From assembly GCF_009914755.1 (NCBI RefSeq), contig NC_060941.1: DNA of 64,000 nt. The stretch is one strand, 5' to 3'. The translations under genes and the position numbers were made by a program. Source of the DNA: the human T2T-CHM13v2.0 reference genome, Homo sapiens. A model generated the notes under the pieces. That model was not told the DNA's origin, did no database searches, and saw only the letters and a program-made list of their open reading frames with translations. Below, piece after piece: positions 53,432 to 64,000 of the stretch; within the stretch, counting starts at the first letter, position 1, and each line of letters opens with the position of its first letter.

Positions 53432-54529
53432 TCTTGGGGTGTTAAGGCCTTATTTTCTCTCCTGAACAGGTTGAGAAAGGCTGCAGGTCTGTGCCATTCA
53501 AGATTTGGGGTGTCTTAATTTGAGTCTTGCAATAAGTTGCTTTGAAGGCAGTGGCGGTGGTGGTGGTGGTGATCATTATGGTTTCATTTTTGTTTTGTTT
53601 TGTTTGTTTTTGTTTTGTTTTGTTTTGTTGGTAGAGGCAGGTATCTCACTATGTTGCCCAGGCTGGTCTTGAATTCTTGTCCTCAAGCAGTCGTCCTCTT
53701 GTGGCTCCCAAAGCACTGGGGTTACAGGCATGAGCCTCCATGCCTGACCTGATTATAATATTTTAATAATGACAAATGTCTGAGATTGGAAATCACATTA
53801 GATATGAAATGAGTTTCTAGTGCATCTTCTTTCTGGATGCTTCTGAGGTTTTGCTTCATAGAGTTCCCATTTTAGTTGCCTTTGGGGGCTGAAAACTCAG
53901 TGTGGACATCTTCTCGCATATTTTGGATTGGTGTTTTTATAGTGGTCTGAACTTCTCTGGGACAGAGAACACGTGCAGGTTGAAGTTGAGAAAGTACCCC
54001 CAAACTGATTATTCTGTTTTCCTGCTATCCAACATGTTTCCAGGTTTGTGTGAGGGAAGAGCAGCATTTGAAATAAACTTAGAGACATGATTCATTTTTC
54101 TAGGACTTGCTCAGACCCAGGGATATGTTCTGCTGTGATTTTGGCAGTGAAGAAGTCTTTTAAAGGAGGTTGTCCTTAAAGAAGTACTTCATCTCGTTAG
54201 GGTACTTAATTAATTGTCTTTGCTGGTAGGCTAAAACCCATGATGATAAAGAAATTTAGTCGTTGCTTCTGTATGAAATTTGTTCGCGAAAGCGTGTCTC
54301 AAAGTAGGCTCTCCCTCATTGGGTCAATATAAAACTCTTTTGAGATACCAGCCACAGGACAGTGGGGTAAAAGTAGTAGAAGTGTGTTAGGTAGAAAAGG
54401 AGAAGCTGCCCTGAAATTGAAAATTTGCCATAAAGAATCACAGAGTAGAAAATTTCAGCCGGGTGCGGTGGCTCACACCTGTAATCCCAGCACTTTGGGA
54501 GGCCGAGGCGGGTGGATCACCTGAGGTCA

Positions 54530-54767
<238 letters not shown>

Positions 54768-55791
54768 CTAGTTGACTGTATTAGCTTTATCAGCCATGTT
54801 TTTTTTTTCCTCTTTACCTAGAAAACAATGTTGGGCTGACTTACTGACAAAAGAAATTTAACGAGAGTTGACTCTGTTGTAAAGCTTCAGAGAGCAGTAG
54901 GTCTAGAGTTCCTGGGGGAGCAAAGCTGAAAAGATAGAGGCACTTAAGAGCAGTCCCCAGTGAAGTTACTATTAGGCATTACTGACTTGGGCTTTCCTCA
55001 AGTACAGCAGGGAAACAGAAGCAGGCAGTCAACTTGAACAAGCCAGTCCTGGCTTAGGTTGTGTTCGGCTTCCAGCTCCGGTGCCATCTCTTCAATTAAT
55101 TGAGCTAAAAATAAATGTCATTAACATCCAAGCTGTCCCCTCCCCCTAATACTTGGTTGGGTTTATGAAAGAGAGGAGCAATTTTGGTATTTGACGTTTT
55201 CCATATATTATTTTCAGACCTTCCACTGTCTGGAAGCACCCCTTATTCTCTTCCTGTTCTTTGGAAGAGTTGTGTAGTCTTAAGAGAATTTGACACTCCT
55301 TGGGGGTTTGATACAGAACTGGATCCCCAATAGCCCCACCACATGGCCTCTAACCAGATGGCTTCAGTCACCTGTGTCCCTTTATGCTCAACTTCCCTCT
55401 CCCCTCACTAACTCCATCACCACCCATAAACAAGCTCTTTGAGATCCACGGAGATTAACATTTAGACAACTTTGGAGCTAATTGCTTACCTAATTTCTTT
55501 TGTTTTGATTGTCGTAACTGTTTCTAGTACAAAGAAAATCCCTTCAAAGTTACATAGCTTGCTATTACCTGTTCTTTTGCCCCCCCCCCCCTTGATTTGA
55601 GGATTAGGCAATTGACTGATTTCTGGTGAAATCAGAACATGAGCATGAGACAGAGGCTGGGAAATTCCAGAGTATTAATAGTGAAAGAGAAACTTATGGT
55701 GAGTCACTTATGGTGGTGTTGCCGGGCCCCAGGGTACTTGTTCCCTATTCTTTCTCTGCCTCACCCTCCATTCCTTCTGATGTGTTTACAG

Positions 55792-55903
55792 TACATGGAC
55801 TGGACCTGCCTGGAGCCCAGCCCAGAGCATCTCCTCAGTGCTCATCTCTATCCAGTCCCTGATGACTGAGAACCCCTATCACAATGAGCCCGGCTTTGAA
55901 CAG
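55792..55903 (+). CDS. UBE2Z: UBE2Z coding exon 4
   Basis: [37 protein letters not shown]; AG/GT boundaries; 112 nt. Confidence 0.97.
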
Positions 55904-55944
55904 GTAAGGCCAGATGGGCCTGGCTCTGGGGTGTAGACTATTGT

Positions 55945-60550
<4,606 letters not shown>

Positions 60551-60879
60551 CCCTACCATCATTCTTATGTTTGGTTATTTCCCACATAATCTTTACTTGA
60601 TAGACCTTTCACTTCACATTCAGGAAAATATGATGGATCTAGTTTGCTGGTGATAGGCCAAATGACCTGTAACCTGTTGGTATATTTGGAGGGTGGTGGA
60701 GGTGAATGGTGTCAAAAATAAAGGTGTGGTTGCTCTTCATGGATCTGCCATACAGTGGGAAAGGTATCTTTTTAGTTTGTGTGACTGGCTGACATACCCC
60801 ATACTAATCTTGAAGTCCCTTCCCATTGGTTTTCTTTTTGCTTAATTTTTGGAATACTCTGGCATCTGTTACATTATAG

Positions 60880-60992
60880 GAGAGACATCCAGGAGACAGC
60901 AAAAACTATAATGAATGTATCCGGCACGAGACCATCAGAGTTGCAGTCTGTGACATGATGGAAGGAAAGTGTCCCTGTCCTGAACCCCTACG
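60880..60992 (+). CDS. UBE2Z: UBE2Z coding exon 5
   Basis: [37 protein letters not shown](R); tag/GTATGT boundaries; 113 nt. Confidence 0.96.
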
Positions 60993-61435
60993 GTATGTGT
61001 CAAGCGGGCTTGCTTGGTATTCCTTTCGGGCATTTGGGTAGTTGGCATCTTTGGGGCAGAGTACAGTGTTGGGTACCAGAGGGAGATAGAGAAGAAGGAA
61101 AGATGTGGTTCCTGCTTTTAAAGAACAAGTGGCTGAGGGTTACCCAAGAGGAAGTTCAGAGAGCTACTCTGTTGTTGGAGAATGCCATGCCTTTGGGAGA
61201 GGCAGTCCACACGCTCAGGGAGCTTCCAGTTTGATGAAGGCTTGGACGTACTTTTTTCCAGCCAAATGTGTAGAGTACTTCATAATAAGACTCATTTCTT
61301 AGTGCTGAAGTTATTTTTAAGTGCCAAAACTGGATGAGCAACGTCAGGGTTAAATAAATAAACTTCTAGGAGAATTTTGAGTAAGGTTTGGGATTGGGGA
61401 TGGCTGATGAAAAACAATGGAGGTGGAGCAAGTCA

Positions 61436-61822
<387 letters not shown>

Positions 61823-61996
61823 TTAGGTGTTCCTTTTTCCAAAAGGAACTGTAATCCCAGCACTTTGGGAGGCCAAGGAAGGCAGATCACCAGGTCAGGA
61901 GTTCAAGACCAGCCTGACCAACATGGTGAAACCACATCTTTACTAAAAATACAAAAATTACCCGGGTGTGGTGGCACGCACCTGTAATCCCAGCTA

Positions 61997-62098
<102 letters not shown>

Positions 62099-62437
62099 TC
62101 AGTCTCAAAAAAATAAAAAATAAATAAAATGAAAAGATCTTTGTAGAAAACAGATCTGGACTTGGGAATGGTAGGTATTTAATTTGGCATTAAGGTTAGG
62201 TAAAGAGGCCAGGTGTGGTGGCTTGCGCCTGTAGTCCTAGCACTTTGGGAGGCCGACGCAGGCAGATCAGTTGAGGTCAGGAGTTCCTGACCAGCCTGGG
62301 CAACATGGTGAAACCCCGTCTCTACTAAAAACAAAAATTAGCCAGGCGTGGTGGCATATGCCTGTAATCCCAGCTTCTCAGGAGGCTGAGGCAGGAGAAT
62401 TGCATGAATCCGGGAGGCAGAGGTCACAGTGAGCTGA

Positions 62438-62836
<399 letters not shown>

Positions 62837-64000
62837 TGAGACCATCCTGGCTAACATGGTGAAACCCCGTCTCTACTAAAAATACAAAAAATTAGCCGGG
62901 CATCGTGGCGTGTACCTGTAGTCCCATCTACTCAGGAGGCTGAGGCAGGAGAATCACTTGAACCCAGGAGGCAGAAGTTGCAGTGAGCTGAAATTGTGCC
63001 ACTGCACTTCAGCCTGGACAACAGACCGAGACTCTGTCTCAAAAAAAAAAAAAAAAAAAAAAAAATAGCCAGGCGCGGTGGCTCACGCCTGTAATCCCAG
63101 CACTTTGGGAGGCTGAGGTGGGCAGATCACCTGAGGTCGGGAGTGTGAGACCAGCCTGGCCAACATGATGAAACCCCGCCTCTACTAAAAACACAAAAAA
63201 TTGGCTCAGCGTGGTAGCATGTGCCTATAATCCCGGCTACTTGGGAGGCTGAGGCAGGAGAATCGCTTGAACCTGGGAGGCCGAGGTTGCAGTGAGCTGA
63301 GTGCACTCCAGTCTGGGCAACAAGAGCGAAACTCGGTCTCAAAAAAAAAAGCTAAAAGCAACCTATATCATTTGAGGGACTGAGAGCCAGAGAGGAGACT
63401 GATTTTCATGAAGTCATAGGGAACTCTTTACTTTCCTTGGTCAGTAGCCTCTTTTTTTTTTTTTTTTAAAGGCAGGTTCTCACTCTGTTACTCAGGCTGG
63501 AGTGCAGTAGCTGGGTCACAGCTCACTGCAACTCCAAACTCCCAAGCTCAAGCAGTCCTCCCACCTCAGCCTCCCAAGCTGGGACTTACAGGTGTGCACC
63601 ACCACAGCTAGTTTTTGTTTTGTTTTGTTTTTTGAGACAGAGTCTTGCTCTGTTGCTCAGGCTAGAGCAATCTCAGCTCATTGCAACTTCAGCCTCCCAA
63701 GTAGTTGGGATTACAGGCATACGCCATCATGCCCAGCTAATTTTTTGTGTTTTTAGTAGAGACGGGGTTTCACCATGTTGGCCAGGCTAGTCTTGAACTC
63801 CTCACCTCAAGTGATCTACCTCCCTCGGCCTCCCAAAGTGCTGGGATTACAGGCCCTGTTTTGTTTTGTTTGGTTGTAGAGATAGGGTCCCACTCTATTG
63901 CCCAGGCAACTCCTGGGTTCAGGTGATCCTCCTCCCTTAGCCTCCAAACTGGGAGGCTGAGATTATTACAGGTGTGAGCCACTGCACCCAGCCCATAGTG

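Overview
This is eukaryotic, Alu-rich genomic DNA. The exon sequences and gene order match the human CALCOCO2–ATP5MC1–UBE2Z interval (17q21.3; recognised from memory, not by search). The + strand holds the last three coding exons and 3'UTR of CALCOCO2/NDP52, the complete ATP5MC1 gene (CDS reassembles to 411 nt = 136 aa + stop) and coding exons 1-6 of UBE2Z (894 nt = 298 codons; the last exon lies beyond the window). Between the genes are a full-length processed SUMO2 pseudogene (- strand) and a processed RPL37 pseudogene (+ strand) hit by three Alus. There are also roughly 90 Alu copies or fragments (about 40% of the window by rough hand count), old L1/L2/MIR/LTR/MER remnants and several STRs. 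Almost all of the supplied ORF track is Alu-derived or GC-rich noise. I found no prokaryotic-type or otherwise new gene system. The most unusual signals are at the level of genome mechanics: repeated reuse of one L1-endonuclease site (including a consensus-like AluYa5 in the RPL37 retrocopy's own TSD), a two-template insertion inside an Alu, an Alu-born (TA)-spaced minisatellite, a palindrome-junction duplication, a tailless tRNA-Ile 5' half, and motifs suggesting divergent transcription from both CpG-island promoters.
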